Counted from the stretch's first letter, positions 19,656-29,749 are shown. The stretch is 64,000 bases of DNA from Aulosira sp. ZfuVER01 (GCA_034530615.2 JAVRCV020000061.1:25838-89837), one strand, 5' to 3'. Notes: generated from the sequence alone by a model not told the origin. Numbers and translations are program-made.

Positions 19656-21290
19656 ATGTCCAAACCTCTGCGTTTCCAACCACCTACAGCAATTCGTTCT
19701 GTTTCGGGCACACTACTGAGTCTGCTGATATTAGCCAATCCCGCAGTAGTTTTAGCCCATGCCGGACATGGTAATGAATTTCATGCAGCAAGTGAAGCAA
19801 CTCAAACTGCTACTCCTATTCAAGTTGATGATCAAACAGCTAAACGTCTAGGAATTAAAGTTGAGCCAGTTAAACGTCAGCCGCTAGCTGTGGGGATTAA
19901 AACTACGGGACAAATTGAAACTCTACCCAGTCAAAAAGTTGAAGTAAATACCCCAATTGCCAAGGCGAAAGTGGTGGAGTTGTTGGTGGAACCAGGCGCT
20001 ACAGTCAAAAAAGGTCAACCTGTAGCGATTGTATCTAGCCCAGATTTGGTGGAACTGCGGGTTAATTCCCAAGAAAAACTGGCAGAGGGTCAGGCGGATT
20101 TGCAACAAGCTTTAGCTGATTTAAAATTAGGGCAACAAAACCGCGATCGCTATCAACAAATAGCCGCATCTGAAATCGCTCAAGCGCAGACTCAAGTAGC
20201 ATTTGCTCAAGAAAAGTACAACAAAGATAAACAGTTAGCCAATGCTGGTGCTTTACCACAACGCACAGCTCTAGAATCGCAAACCCAGCTAGCTCAAGCT
20301 AAGGCTGAACTCACCAAAGCTAACAGTCGTCGGGAAGTTATCGAAGCTGAAAATCAACTAAAACGTGCGGCTTCAGCAGTTCAGGTGGCAAAATCACGCA
20401 TTCAACTTAGTAATACCACTTATCAAACTCGGCTCTCGCAATTGGGAACCCGCGCCAATGCTCAAGGACTGGTGACGGTGGTATCACCAATTTCTGGGAA
20501 GGTTGCCGATCGCGAAGTTACCCTTGGTCAATCTTTTGAGGATACAGGTGGCAAATTAATGACCATTGTCAATGACAGTCGCGTTTTTGCCACAGCGAAT
20601 ATTTATGAAAAGGATTTAAACAAAGTCAGGATTGGTCAACGGGTAAGTATTAAAGTTGCTGCTGTGCCTAACCGTACTTTCACCGGAAGAATTACCCGGA
20701 TTGGCTCTGTTGTGGAAGGAGACACGCGAGTTGTACCAGTACAAGCCGAACTGGAGAACTCTGGCGGACTTCTCAAACCAGGAATGTTTGCCGAACTGGA
20801 AGTGTTAACAGACCAAACATCATCAGCTATTTTAGCTATCCCTAGTGCGGCGGTAGTGGAAGCAAATGGTAAGAAACAGGTTTATCTGCAAAATGGCGAC
20901 GCTTATCAGCCTGTGGAAGTTAGCTTAGGTCAAACCTCTGGTGACATGGTAGAGGTCAAAACTGGTTTATTTGAGGGCGATTTAATAGTTACACAACGCG
21001 CTCCGCAACTGTACGCACAATCTCTGCGGGGAGGTGGGAAAGCAGAGGAGCATGGGAGCAGAGGAGCAGAGGAGAAACAAGCAATTTCTAATCCTTCAGT
21101 TCCTTTGTGGATGGGAGTTGGCGGAGGAGCTGCACTCTTTGGTGTAGCCTTTATGGCTGGTGCTTTCTGGTCTGGTCGTCGCAGCAAACATCAACATCAA
21201 CTAACTATAGCGCCAGCAGATGTATCGCCAGATTGGGTTGATAACCATCACATAGCAAATCAGGATTCAGAAATCACAATTGAAAGATAA
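19656..21290 (+). CDS. Heavy-metal RND efflux membrane fusion protein (CopB/CusB-like)
   Basis: AHAGHGNEFH N-terminus; VEPGATVKKGQ lipoyl motif; coiled coil; LKPGMFA. Confidence 0.9.
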   Translation: MSKPLRFQPPTAIRSVSGTLLSLLILANPAVVLAHAGHGNEFHAASEATQTATPIQVDDQTAKRLGIKVEPVKRQPLAVGIKTTGQIETLPSQKVEVNTPIAKAKVVELLVEPGATVKKGQPVAIVSSPDLVELRVNSQEKLAEGQADLQQALADLKLGQQNRDRYQQIAASEIAQAQTQVAFAQEKYNKDKQLANAGALPQRTALESQTQLAQAKAELTKANSRREVIEAENQLKRAASAVQVAKSRIQLSNTTYQTRLSQLGTRANAQGLVTVVSPISGKVADREVTLGQSFEDTGGKLMTIVNDSRVFATANIYEKDLNKVRIGQRVSIKVAAVPNRTFTGRITRIGSVVEGDTRVVPVQAELENSGGLLKPGMFAELEVLTDQTSSAILAIPSAAVVEANGKKQVYLQNGDAYQPVEVSLGQTSGDMVEVKTGLFEGDLIVTQRAPQLYAQSLRGGGKAEEHGSRGAEEKQAISNPSVPLWMGVGGGAALFGVAFMAGAFWSGRRSKHQHQLTIAPADVSPDWVDNHHIANQDSEITIER

Positions 21291-21391
21291 TAGCAATTTA
21301 AAAATTATCACGAAAGATATACACTCCCAAACCTTTATTATGTTTAGCTTTCTTAATTTTGAATTTTGAATTTTGAATTTTGAATTGGTAT
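21290..21391. mobile_element. ~102-bp ATA(C/G)CAATT...AATTGGTAT MITE-like element with internal AATTTTG run
   Basis: Ends atagcaatt / aattggtat; right half shared with the element at 25384-25486. Confidence 0.6.
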
Positions 21392-21395
21392 AAAG

Positions 21396-24300
21396 ATGCT
21401 TAGTGCGATTATTAAGTGGGCGATCGCTCGCCGTTGGCTAGTGGTTCTGGGTGCAATTATTCTGATGATTGGGATATTTCGCACTATTATTCAAATGCCT
21501 CTGGATGTTTTCCCTAGTTTTGCACCACCGCAAGTTGAAATTCAAACTGAAGCACCAGGACTCGCGCCTGAAGAAGTGGAATCTCTGGTAACTTTACCCG
21601 TGGAAAGTTCAATTAATGGTACTCCTGGGGTGACTGCTGTACGTTCATCTTCAGCCGCAGGAATTTCTGTTGTCAACATCATTTTTGATTGGGGAAGGGA
21701 TATTTATCAAGCTCGCCAGTTGGTAACAGAACGATTGCAACAAGCACAAAGTAAGTTACCAGCAGGGGTGGAAACGCCACAAATTTCTCCCACTAGTTCC
21801 CCTATCGGTACTGTACTGCAATATGCTTTCACCTCCCAAACTACACCTTTAATGGAAGTACGGCGGCTTGTCGATTGGCAAGTTACAAATCGGCTTTTGG
21901 CTGTTCCTGGTGTGAGTCAGGTTGTAGCTTATGGCGGTGATATTCGCCAATATCAAGTATTAGTCGATCCAGAGAAATTAAAAGCATTTAATGTCACGTT
22001 AGCAGATGTCGAAGAAGCAACTGCTGCTGCTAATATTAATGCTCCTGGTGGTTATTTAATTACCCCTGACCGAGAAAAATTAATTCGCGGTATTGGCAGG
22101 ATTGAGTCTATAGAAGAATTACAGCAATCTGCGATTACTGCCCGCAATGGTACACCAGTAAAAATATCTGATGTTGCTAACGTGCAAATTGGGGCAGCTA
22201 TTAAACGAGGTGATGGCAGTTTTAACGGTGAAAAGGCAGTCATCATCATGATAAATAAACAGCCTCAAGCCGATACTCCTACCGTTACCCGTGCTATAGA
22301 ACAAGCGATCGCAGAACTTAAAGCGGGCTTACCCAAAGATATCAAAGTTACCCCGACATTTCGTCAGGAAAACTATATTGATGCTTCGATTGAAAATCTA
22401 CGAGACGCTTTAATAGAAGGCAGTATTATTGTTGCTTTTATCCTAATTCCTTTTTTAATGAATTGGCGTAATCTTGCTATCTGTTTAAGTGTGCTTCCTT
22501 TATCTTTATTAATAGGGATATGGCTCTTAAATTGGTTAGGACAAGGTTTAAATACTATGACTTTGGGAGGGTTAGGTATTGCCATTGGTTCAGCAGTTGA
22601 TGATGCGATTGTTGATGCCGAAAATGTCTACCGCAATTTGCGAGAAAATAAATATTCTCCCAATCCTCGACCAGTTTTAGATGTAGTATTTGATGGTTGT
22701 CAAGAGGTACGGGATTCTGTATTTGGAGCGACGATAATTACTATTGTTGTCTTTACTCCTGTGTTTGCCTTAGGGGGTGTAGAAGGTAGCATTTTTATCC
22801 CAATGGGGTTAGGCTACATGGCAGCAGTAATTGCTTCGACTCTCACTGCTTTGACGATAACTCCGGCTTTATGTGCAATTCTATTACCTTACGGTCACTT
22901 GCCAGAAAGCGAACCTTGGGTAGCAAGATTTTTTAAGCGATTGTATTATCCGCTGTTAACATTTTCGTTGCGGCGTTCGGGAATTATTTTAGCCATAGCT
23001 ACTGCTAGTACAGTAGCAGTGATCGCGATCGCTCCGGCTTTCGGCAGAGTGTTTTTGCCAGAGTTTCAAGAGCAAACTTTAGTAAATACCATCACTCTCT
23101 ATCCTGGTGTATCTTTGGAAGCTACCAATGCGGCGGGATATGCAATTCAGGAAGCACTGAAAGGCGATTCACGATTTCCTTACGTACAGTTGCGTTCTGG
23201 ACGTGCGCCTGGGGATGGCGATGCAGCTGGGGTAAATTTGGCACATGTGGATATTGAGTTAAGCCGCGAAGCTATAAAAGATAGGGAAGGGACAATTAAA
23301 AAGCTGCGGCAGGAATTTGCTAAATTACCAGGAGTCGCGCCAAATATTGGTGGTTTTATTTCGCACCGGATGGATGAGGTATTATCTGGGGTAAGAAGTG
23401 CGATCGCAGTTAAAATTTTCGGTTCCGATTTAGCACAACTCCGCACTCTTGGAAGTCAGGTAAATGAGGTAATGAAAACTGTAAACGGCATTGTCGATTT
23501 ACAACTTGAACCTCAAGTACCGATTGAACAAATACAAATTAAATTTAATCGCACGGATGCTTCTCGATATGGTTTAACAGTCGGAAAAATTTCCCAAATT
23601 ATTGAAACTGCTCTCAATGGCAGAGTAGTATCCCAAATTTTAGATAAACAACAAACCTTTGATTTGCTTGTCTGGTTAAAGCCAGATGCCCGGCAAAATT
23701 TGGATACAATTCGTAATTTATTAGTTGATACTCCTAACGGGCAAAAGATTCCTTTAGCACAAGTTGCTGCAATTGAAAACGGCACAGGACCAAATACGAT
23801 TAATCGGGAAAATGTCTCGCGTTTAATTGTCGTATCTGCTAATACTAGTGGTAGAGATTTGCGCTCGATTGTGAATGAAATTCAAGAGAAAGTAAATCAA
23901 CAAGTACATCCGCCTCCTGGGTACTATATCCAGTATGCAGGTCAATTTGAGGCACAAGAACGAGCCACGCAAAATATTTTAATTTCGAGTGCGATCGCCT
24001 TTGTTGCCATCGCAGTTATTATGTACATTTCTGTCAAATCTATTCCTTCTACTGCCATGATTATGATTAACTTACCTTTGGCATTAGTAGGAGGAGTATT
24101 TTCAGTAGCTTTATCTGGCGGTATTATCTCTATTGCTTCTTTAGTTGGCTTTGTCACTCTATTTGGAGTTGCTACCCGCAATGGTCTATTACTAGTAGAT
24201 AACTACAATAATAAATTTGCCGAAGGAATGCCTTTGAAAGAAACTTTAATCAAAGGTTCAATGGAAAGACTAAACGCCATTTTGATGACAGCTTTTACCT

Positions 24301-24467
24301 CAGCTTTAGGATTAGCACCTTTAATAGCTGACAGCGGCCCTGGTAAGGAAATATTACAACCGCTTTCCATAGTGGTGTTGGGTGGTTTGGTTACCTCTAC
24401 AGCATTGACATTGGTAGTTATACCTGCGTTATATGCTAAGTTTGGCAAAATTTTGTTACCAAAATAA
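21396..24467 (+). CDS. CusA/CzcA family heavy-metal RND efflux permease
   Basis: 1023 aa; AIGSAVDDAIVDAEN, GVATRNGLLLV and ERLNAILMTA. Confidence 0.94.
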   Translation: MLSAIIKWAIARRWLVVLGAIILMIGIFRTIIQMPLDVFPSFAPPQVEIQTEAPGLAPEEVESLVTLPVESSINGTPGVTAVRSSSAAGISVVNIIFDWGRDIYQARQLVTERLQQAQSKLPAGVETPQISPTSSPIGTVLQYAFTSQTTPLMEVRRLVDWQVTNRLLAVPGVSQVVAYGGDIRQYQVLVDPEKLKAFNVTLADVEEATAAANINAPGGYLITPDREKLIRGIGRIESIEELQQSAITARNGTPVKISDVANVQIGAAIKRGDGSFNGEKAVIIMINKQPQADTPTVTRAIEQAIAELKAGLPKDIKVTPTFRQENYIDASIENLRDALIEGSIIVAFILIPFLMNWRNLAICLSVLPLSLLIGIWLLNWLGQGLNTMTLGGLGIAIGSAVDDAIVDAENVYRNLRENKYSPNPRPVLDVVFDGCQEVRDSVFGATIITIVVFTPVFALGGVEGSIFIPMGLGYMAAVIASTLTALTITPALCAILLPYGHLPESEPWVARFFKRLYYPLLTFSLRRSGIILAIATASTVAVIAIAPAFGRVFLPEFQEQTLVNTITLYPGVSLEATNAAGYAIQEALKGDSRFPYVQLRSGRAPGDGDAAGVNLAHVDIELSREAIKDREGTIKKLRQEFAKLPGVAPNIGGFISHRMDEVLSGVRSAIAVKIFGSDLAQLRTLGSQVNEVMKTVNGIVDLQLEPQVPIEQIQIKFNRTDASRYGLTVGKISQIIETALNGRVVSQILDKQQTFDLLVWLKPDARQNLDTIRNLLVDTPNGQKIPLAQVAAIENGTGPNTINRENVSRLIVVSANTSGRDLRSIVNEIQEKVNQQVHPPPGYYIQYAGQFEAQERATQNILISSAIAFVAIAVIMYISVKSIPSTAMIMINLPLALVGGVFSVALSGGIISIASLVGFVTLFGVATRNGLLLVDNYNNKFAEGMPLKETLIKGSMERLNAILMTAFTSALGLAPLIADSGPGKEILQPLSIVVLGGLVTSTALTLVVIPALYAKFGKILLPK

Positions 24468-24491
24468 TGAATTTAATTGAGGATTAAATCT

Positions 24492-24977
24492 ATGAATTCG
24501 CTCAAATCTAGCTTGATGATTGTAGGAAGTATCGGGTTAATTTTTTTAGGAGCTTGTAGTAATAATCAACCAGCAGCTAATACAGAAAATAAGCCAGCTA
24601 CCTCTAGCGCCAATACTCAGCCTTCAGCTACATCTGTTACTACAACAGCAGGGCAACATGGTAAATCTCATGGCGGTCAAGTTGTAGAAACAGGAGCTTA
24701 CCATTTAGAGTTTGTTCCAGAGAAAGAAGCTAATACAACTCACATGGATTTCTATGTACAAAAAGGCGACAATCATGAAGCCATACCTGATGCCAAAGTT
24801 ACGGCTCAAGTTCAGTTACCTGATGGTAAACAAAAGACAGTTCCCTTTACCTATGATGCCCAAGATAAGCATTACACAGGTTTATTAAAAGAAAGTTTAA
24901 CTGGTCAGTATCAGGTGAAAATTAATGCAGATATTAAAGGTAAAAAAGTAGATGGGCGGTTTAATTTTAATCGTTAA
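24492..24977 (+). CDS. His-containing lipoprotein of the RND operon (copC-like)
   Basis: Lipobox LGAC; HGKSHGGQVVETGAYHLE; directly follows the permease. Confidence 0.7.
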   Translation: MNSLKSSLMIVGSIGLIFLGACSNNQPAANTENKPATSSANTQPSATSVTTTAGQHGKSHGGQVVETGAYHLEFVPEKEANTTHMDFYVQKGDNHEAIPDAKVTAQVQLPDGKQKTVPFTYDAQDKHYTGLLKESLTGQYQVKINADIKGKKVDGRFNFNR

Positions 24978-25091
24978 ATGTGGGAGCATCCCACTTTTTT
25001 AATCAATACCCTAGAAGTGTATTGCTACACGAACAAAGCCTGCTTTGGCAGGCTTTTGTCACTAGAGCCAGTGGCTTCAGCCTTTAGGCGG

Positions 25092-25322
25092 TGTGTTGGG
25101 TAAGTCTGAAGCAACTTCCGTCTTCCCTGAATCAACTTCAGGGTTGACGTTTCCGTGTTTCGCGTAGTCTGAAGTAACTTCAGGGTTCTTTGAATTAACT
25201 TCAGGGTTGACGTTTCCGTGTTTCGCGTAGTCTGAATTAACTTCAGGGTTCCCTGAATCAACTTCAGGGTTGACGTTTCCGTGTTTCGCGTAGTCTGAAT
25301 TAACTTCAGGGTTGACGTTTGC
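25092..25322. repeat. 21-bp-period composite tandem array (11 units, 63-bp higher-order repeat)
   Basis: A=gtgtttcgcgtagtctgaatt, B=aacttcagggttccctgaatc, C=aacttcagggttgacgtttcc, arranged A'B'C ABC ABC AC. Confidence 0.92.
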
Positions 25323-25383
25323 GGCTTATACGCAACCTACAGTAGCTCCCGCTTTCACTTTTTCGTGTTTACCCTAGACTGTA

Positions 25384-25486
25384 ATACAATTTCACTAAAA
25401 ATATGATGCAGACGCAAACTCTGGAACCTTTGCTGAGTCTCAATTTCTTAATTTTGAATTTTGAATTTTGAATTTTGAATTGGTAT
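25384..25486. mobile_element. ~103-bp MITE-like element with internal AATTTTG run
   Basis: Ends atacaattt / aattggtat; shares tttcttaattttg...aattggtat with 21290-21391. Confidence 0.6.
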
Positions 25487-25603
25487 AACAGCTTCCACCT
25501 TGAAATTTTTAGCTTCAGCCTGCGCGTACCAAACACCGTTAAATTAGCACACAGCATTCCCCATTTACTTCAATGCTCCCAGCCAACAGTCAACAATTAA
25601 TAT

Positions 25604-26338
25604 ATGCGAGTACTACTAGTAGAAGATGAAGCAGATTTAGGCGGTGCTATTAAGCGAACTCTTACCCAACATAAATATTTAGTAGATTGGGTAGTCGATG
25701 GTAACGATGCATGGGCATATTTAGAAAATAGCTGGACACAATATACACTAGGTATTTTTGATTGGATGCTACCAGGAATATCAGGATTAGAATTGTGCAA
25801 ACGCCTACGCCATCATAAAAATCCTTTACCTGTGTTAATGCTCACAGCCAAAGACAGCATGGAAGATAAAGTTGCTGGGCTAGATGCTGGTGCAGATGAC
25901 TATTTAGTCAAGCCATTTGGCATGGCGGAATTATTAGCAAGATTGCGAGCATTACAGAGGCGATCGCCTCAATTTCAGCCACAAGAATTAACTGTTGGCA
26001 GTTTAACTCTCGATTATGGTAACAATTTAGTTGTCAGTCAAAATGCTGCGGGAAATAAACAGGAAATTCCTCTTACAAATAAAGAATTTCAGCTACTAGA
26101 ATATTTTATGAAGCACCCAAACCAAATTGTCAGCACAGAACAAATTCGCAATCAGCTTTGGGAAGTCAGCGCAGAACCAGTTAGTAATGTTGTAGCAGCA
26201 CAAATGCGTTTGCTGCGTCGCAAACTAGCTAATAGTGGTTGTGAAAACATGATTGAAACTTTGCATGGTATGGGATATCGTTTGAATCTTACAGAACCAT
26301 ACCAAGCTTCTAGTTCACAACAATACCAAAACCTCTAA
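25604..26338 (+). CDS. rppA: OmpR-family response regulator (RppA/CopR type)
   Basis: LLVEDE, FDWMLPG, DYLVKPF and ETLHGMGYRL; C-terminal tail appears to derive from the adjacent insertion. Confidence 0.85.
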   Translation: MRVLLVEDEADLGGAIKRTLTQHKYLVDWVVDGNDAWAYLENSWTQYTLGIFDWMLPGISGLELCKRLRHHKNPLPVLMLTAKDSMEDKVAGLDAGADDYLVKPFGMAELLARLRALQRRSPQFQPQELTVGSLTLDYGNNLVVSQNAAGNKQEIPLTNKEFQLLEYFMKHPNQIVSTEQIRNQLWEVSAEPVSNVVAAQMRLLRRKLANSGCENMIETLHGMGYRLNLTEPYQASSSQQYQNL

Positions 26339-27119
26339 GCATTTTTGGTAAGTGATCGTCAAGATTCTTAATATGTTCATCAGTAAGTTCAATCAAATTG
26401 AACTCATATTTTTGATAAATACGCTGCTTTTCTCTTTTACGTGATAGATATTCTAGATCGTCTTCATAGCCCCAATACTCAATATAAACTCTACCTGAAG
26501 GGATATAAAAATCACAGTAAATTTCTTCTTCAACAGGGAGTTTTCGTTCATAGGCGTGAACTAAACCAGCCATATATAGCCAATTATCGATTGATAACTC
26601 AGCTTTTGAACGAACCCAATGTCCGTCTGTTGCGCGATAATTTCCCGCATGAAACTTCTCACGAAACTCTAACTTTCCGTTATCAGTGTTTGATTTAGAT
26701 TCTGCATCATGTTCACTTACTTTGCGAAATGAGTCAATGAAGATTTGATTATTAAATATTTCTTCCGTCCAGATAACGTAAGGCTTATTCTCTTTGCCAT
26801 CATACTTTTGAACTGCCCCAAAACTCAGCCCTAAACGTGTAGCTAACCAACCATTCTGAACTTTATCTAATAATCCGAGTTCAGCAAGTATAGGATTAAT
26901 AGCATTCCTAGACAAACCAAGTCGCTCACTGATTTTGGTAGCTGATAGCAATGTAAAGGTAGATGAGGGAGGCTGAGAATTAAGGTGAGGAGAAACAGCT
27001 TTAGAACCTAGAGAATTGTTTACTTTTAAATTATTTGCTTTCCAATGCTTGTAGCACAGTGTGTAACCTGGCTTTGAAACTAACTGGTTGCAGCCTGACA
27101 CGGTACAATGTTCTGTCAT
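26310..27119 (-). CDS. Hypothetical protein: Cys/His Zn-finger + HTH + PD-(D/E)XK-like nuclease domain
   Basis: CTVSGC..CYKHW; LSATKISERLGLSRNAINPILAELGLL; VRSKAELSIDNWL..YE..CDFYIPSGRVYIEYWG. Confidence 0.7.
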   Translation of the reverse strand: MTEHCTVSGCNQLVSKPGYTLCYKHWKANNLKVNNSLGSKAVSPHLNSQPPSSTFTLLSATKISERLGLSRNAINPILAELGLLDKVQNGWLATRLGLSFGAVQKYDGKENKPYVIWTEEIFNNQIFIDSFRKVSEHDAESKSNTDNGKLEFREKFHAGNYRATDGHWVRSKAELSIDNWLYMAGLVHAYERKLPVEEEIYCDFYIPSGRVYIEYWGYEDDLEYLSRKREKQRIYQKYEFNLIELTDEHIKNLDDHLPKMLRGFGIVVN

Positions 27120-27381
27120 TTTGAATTACTGTTGTCTAGTGAATCTCCAGAACATATATAGCATTATAAAAGATTATCAACAGCCGAATTAATACTAGTT
27201 ATTAATTAAATGCGTAAAATCTGATAATGAAGACGTAGGTAGTAGCAATCGTAGAATTATCTATATAAATATTATTTTGATGATTATCAACCACTTAATG
27301 AACTGTGATGCTTCCTACTCTTTGCGATCGCACCAGGTTATTTTCCTGGATACGGCTACGGCTGCTAATGATATCTTCGTT

Positions 27382-28773
27382 ATGAATCAAAATAAACTAT
27401 TTCAACAAACCCGCCTGCGTTTAGCACTGTGGTATGCGCTGGTTATGGCTGTAATTTTAAGCATCTGCGGATTTGGCATCTACAGAGCAATCTCCCATGC
27501 CCATTGGATGACATTAGACCGAGAATTAGAGTCTGTGGCGGGAACTTTACACGATACTATTGAACTGAAACTACAAAAACCTGGTCAATTGGAACCAGTA
27601 ATACAGCAACTTTTACCTAATATTTGCGTAGTTGGTAAAAGTTGTATTCAAGAAACAATACATTCCAAGCGGCATATTTTAAGCGCTATCAATCAAAGCA
27701 ATTACTATGTACGTTTTTTCGATAATTCAGGACGCTTAATTGCTATAGCAGGTAGTCATCCACAGGAGTTACCTAGAGCATTAAACAAGGAACTTTGGCA
27801 AACTCTTAAAGACAGTAAAGGCAATTTGTATCATCAAATTTCCTTTGTTTTGCATACCCAAGAAAATCGCGATTGGGGTTACATCCAAGTAGGGCGAAGT
27901 CTTGCGGATTTCAAGAGTTATCTGGTAGCGGTAAAACTCACTTTAGTATTTGGATTACCAATCATAATGCTTTCGGTTGGTGTTGCTAGTTGGTGGTTAG
28001 CAGGATTAGCCATGCAACCGATTTATCGCTCATATAGGCAAATCCAACAATTTACAGCTGATGCAGCACATGAATTGCGGACACCTTTAGCTGCAACTCA
28101 AGCGACAGTAGAATCAGCACTGATGATGCCTCATCTAGATGAAACAGAAGCGCGGGAAATTCTCCAAACTACACAACGTCAAAATCAGCGACTTACAACT
28201 TTAGTGACAGATTTACTGCTGCTGACTCGCCTGGATCGTCAATCAGTGCCACTGCAACGTGAAATTTGCTGTTTGGATGATATTATCAGCGACTTAATAG
28301 AGGAATTTGCAGCTTTGGCGATCGCAGCCGATATTAAACTCACATCTTCAATCCGGGTTTCCCAGCCACTAAATGTGATTTGCAATGAAGATCAGCTTTA
28401 TCGTTTGTTTTCTAACTTAATTGTCAATGCCATTCAATACACCCCATCAGGCGGAAAAGTAACGGTTTCCTTAGACCGCAGTGACCATTATGCCGTGATT
28501 CAGGTGCAAGATACAGGCATTGGTATTCCCCAACAAGAGTTGACACGAATTTTTGATCGCTTTTATCGAGTGAATAGCGATCGCTCTCGCACCACTGGCG
28601 GTTCTGGATTAGGATTAGCGATCGCTCAAGCAATTGTCCAAGCACACCACGGTAGCTTAGATGTGCAAAGCGAATTAGGTAAAGGTAGCACTTTTACAGT
28701 TAAGCTACCCCGCCAGAATTGGGGAATGGGGACGCGGAGAAATGACAAATGCCAAACCCCAAATGACAAATGA
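27382..28773 (+). CDS. rppB: Sensor histidine kinase (RppB/CopS type)
   Basis: MNQNKLFQQTRLRLALWY start at ATG 27382; two TM helices; AAHELRTPL, NAIQY, DTGIGI and GSGLGL. Confidence 0.87.
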   Translation: MNQNKLFQQTRLRLALWYALVMAVILSICGFGIYRAISHAHWMTLDRELESVAGTLHDTIELKLQKPGQLEPVIQQLLPNICVVGKSCIQETIHSKRHILSAINQSNYYVRFFDNSGRLIAIAGSHPQELPRALNKELWQTLKDSKGNLYHQISFVLHTQENRDWGYIQVGRSLADFKSYLVAVKLTLVFGLPIIMLSVGVASWWLAGLAMQPIYRSYRQIQQFTADAAHELRTPLAATQATVESALMMPHLDETEAREILQTTQRQNQRLTTLVTDLLLLTRLDRQSVPLQREICCLDDIISDLIEEFAALAIAADIKLTSSIRVSQPLNVICNEDQLYRLFSNLIVNAIQYTPSGGKVTVSLDRSDHYAVIQVQDTGIGIPQQELTRIFDRFYRVNSDRSRTTGGSGLGLAIAQAIVQAHHGSLDVQSELGKGSTFTVKLPRQNWGMGTRRNDKCQTPNDK

Positions 28774-28799
28774 CAAGTGAGGAACGGTAGAATATACCT

Positions 28800-28910
28800 C
28801 AATACTTGTCGGTTAAGGGGAAAAGGGGAAGGAGAAAGGGGAAAGAAAAAACCTTTAACCTTTTCCCCAAACCCAATTCCGAGTTAAAAATGCTTAACCG
28901 AGCAGTATTG
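28800..28910. mobile_element. MITE (Nezha-like) with 18-bp TIRs and a 10-bp target-site duplication
   Basis: TIRs CAATACTTGTCGGTTAAG / CAATACTGCTCGGTTAAG (16/18); GAATATACCT at both 28790-28799 and 28911-28920. Confidence 0.9.
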
Positions 28911-28947
28911 GAATATACCTAATTTTCGTAGCTTCAAAAAACGAAGT

Positions 28948-29694
28948 ATGACAATGCATTCATCTCTTCAACGTGCTTTTGCCAACCGCTGCGTCCTGAA
29001 AGCGATCAGCGGTTTAAATAACTTTGATAGCGATCGCGTCGCCGCTACTATCAAAGCTGCCGATCTTGGCGGTGCTACTTTTGTTGATATCGCTGCCGAT
29101 GCTGCTTTAGTACAATTAGCGAAAAAGTTAACCAATTTACCAATTTGCGTATCAGCAGTAGAGCCAGAAAAATTTGTGGAAGCTGTGGCAGCTGGTGCAG
29201 ATTTGATTGAAATCGGGAATTTTGATTCTTTCTACGCTCAAGGACGGAGATTTGAAGCTGAGGAAGTTTTAGCACTAACTCACCAAACTCGTGCCTTACT
29301 GCCAGAAATCACTCTATCTGTGACTGTTCCCCACATCCTAGAACTAGATAAACAGGTACAACTAGCTGAGGAATTGGTGAAAGCTGGCGCTGATATTATC
29401 CAAACCGAAGGTGGCACCAGCAGCAACCCAGCACATCCCGGAACCTTGGGCTTAATTGAAAAAGCTGCCCCCACCTTGGCAGCAGCTTTTGAGATTTCCC
29501 GTGCAGTTTCAGTACCCGTATTGTGTGCTTCCGGCATTTCTAGCGTCACAGCACCATTAGCGATCGCCGCTGGTGCAGCTGGTGTTGGTGTTGGTTCTGC
29601 GATTAACCAACTCAACAGCGAAGTAGCCATGATTGCCGCTGTTCGTAGCATTGTAGAAGCCTTGGCGACTGCCAATAGCCGAGCGATCGCTTAA
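28948..29694 (+). CDS. ycf23: Ycf23/DUF561 family protein
   Basis: LKAISGLNNFD, GATFVDIAAD, EIGNFDSFY and IIQTEGGT. Confidence 0.88.
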   Translation: MTMHSSLQRAFANRCVLKAISGLNNFDSDRVAATIKAADLGGATFVDIAADAALVQLAKKLTNLPICVSAVEPEKFVEAVAAGADLIEIGNFDSFYAQGRRFEAEEVLALTHQTRALLPEITLSVTVPHILELDKQVQLAEELVKAGADIIQTEGGTSSNPAHPGTLGLIEKAAPTLAAAFEISRAVSVPVLCASGISSVTAPLAIAAGAAGVGVGSAINQLNSEVAMIAAVRSIVEALATANSRAIA

Positions 29695-29697
29695 TTA

Positions 29698-29749
29698 GGG
29701 CATGGGGCATGGGGCATGGGGCATGGGGCATTGGGCATTGGGCATTGGG
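29698..29749. repeat. STRR heptamer run (GGGCATG/GGGCATT)
   Basis: About 7 tandem copies between convergent genes, followed by ctccctg repeats. Confidence 0.9.

Noticed and set aside
25092..25322. CRISPR array
   Set aside because: Intervening sequences are themselves repeated, with no unique spacers and no cas genes; it is a tandem repeat
27277..27381. N-terminal extension of the sensor kinase from TTG 27277
   Set aside because: Family-like sequence starts at MNQNKLF (27382); the upstream part belongs to the inserted interval
26295..27381. Heterocyst-type programmed excision element
   Set aside because: No recombinase gene and no clean direct repeats at the ends
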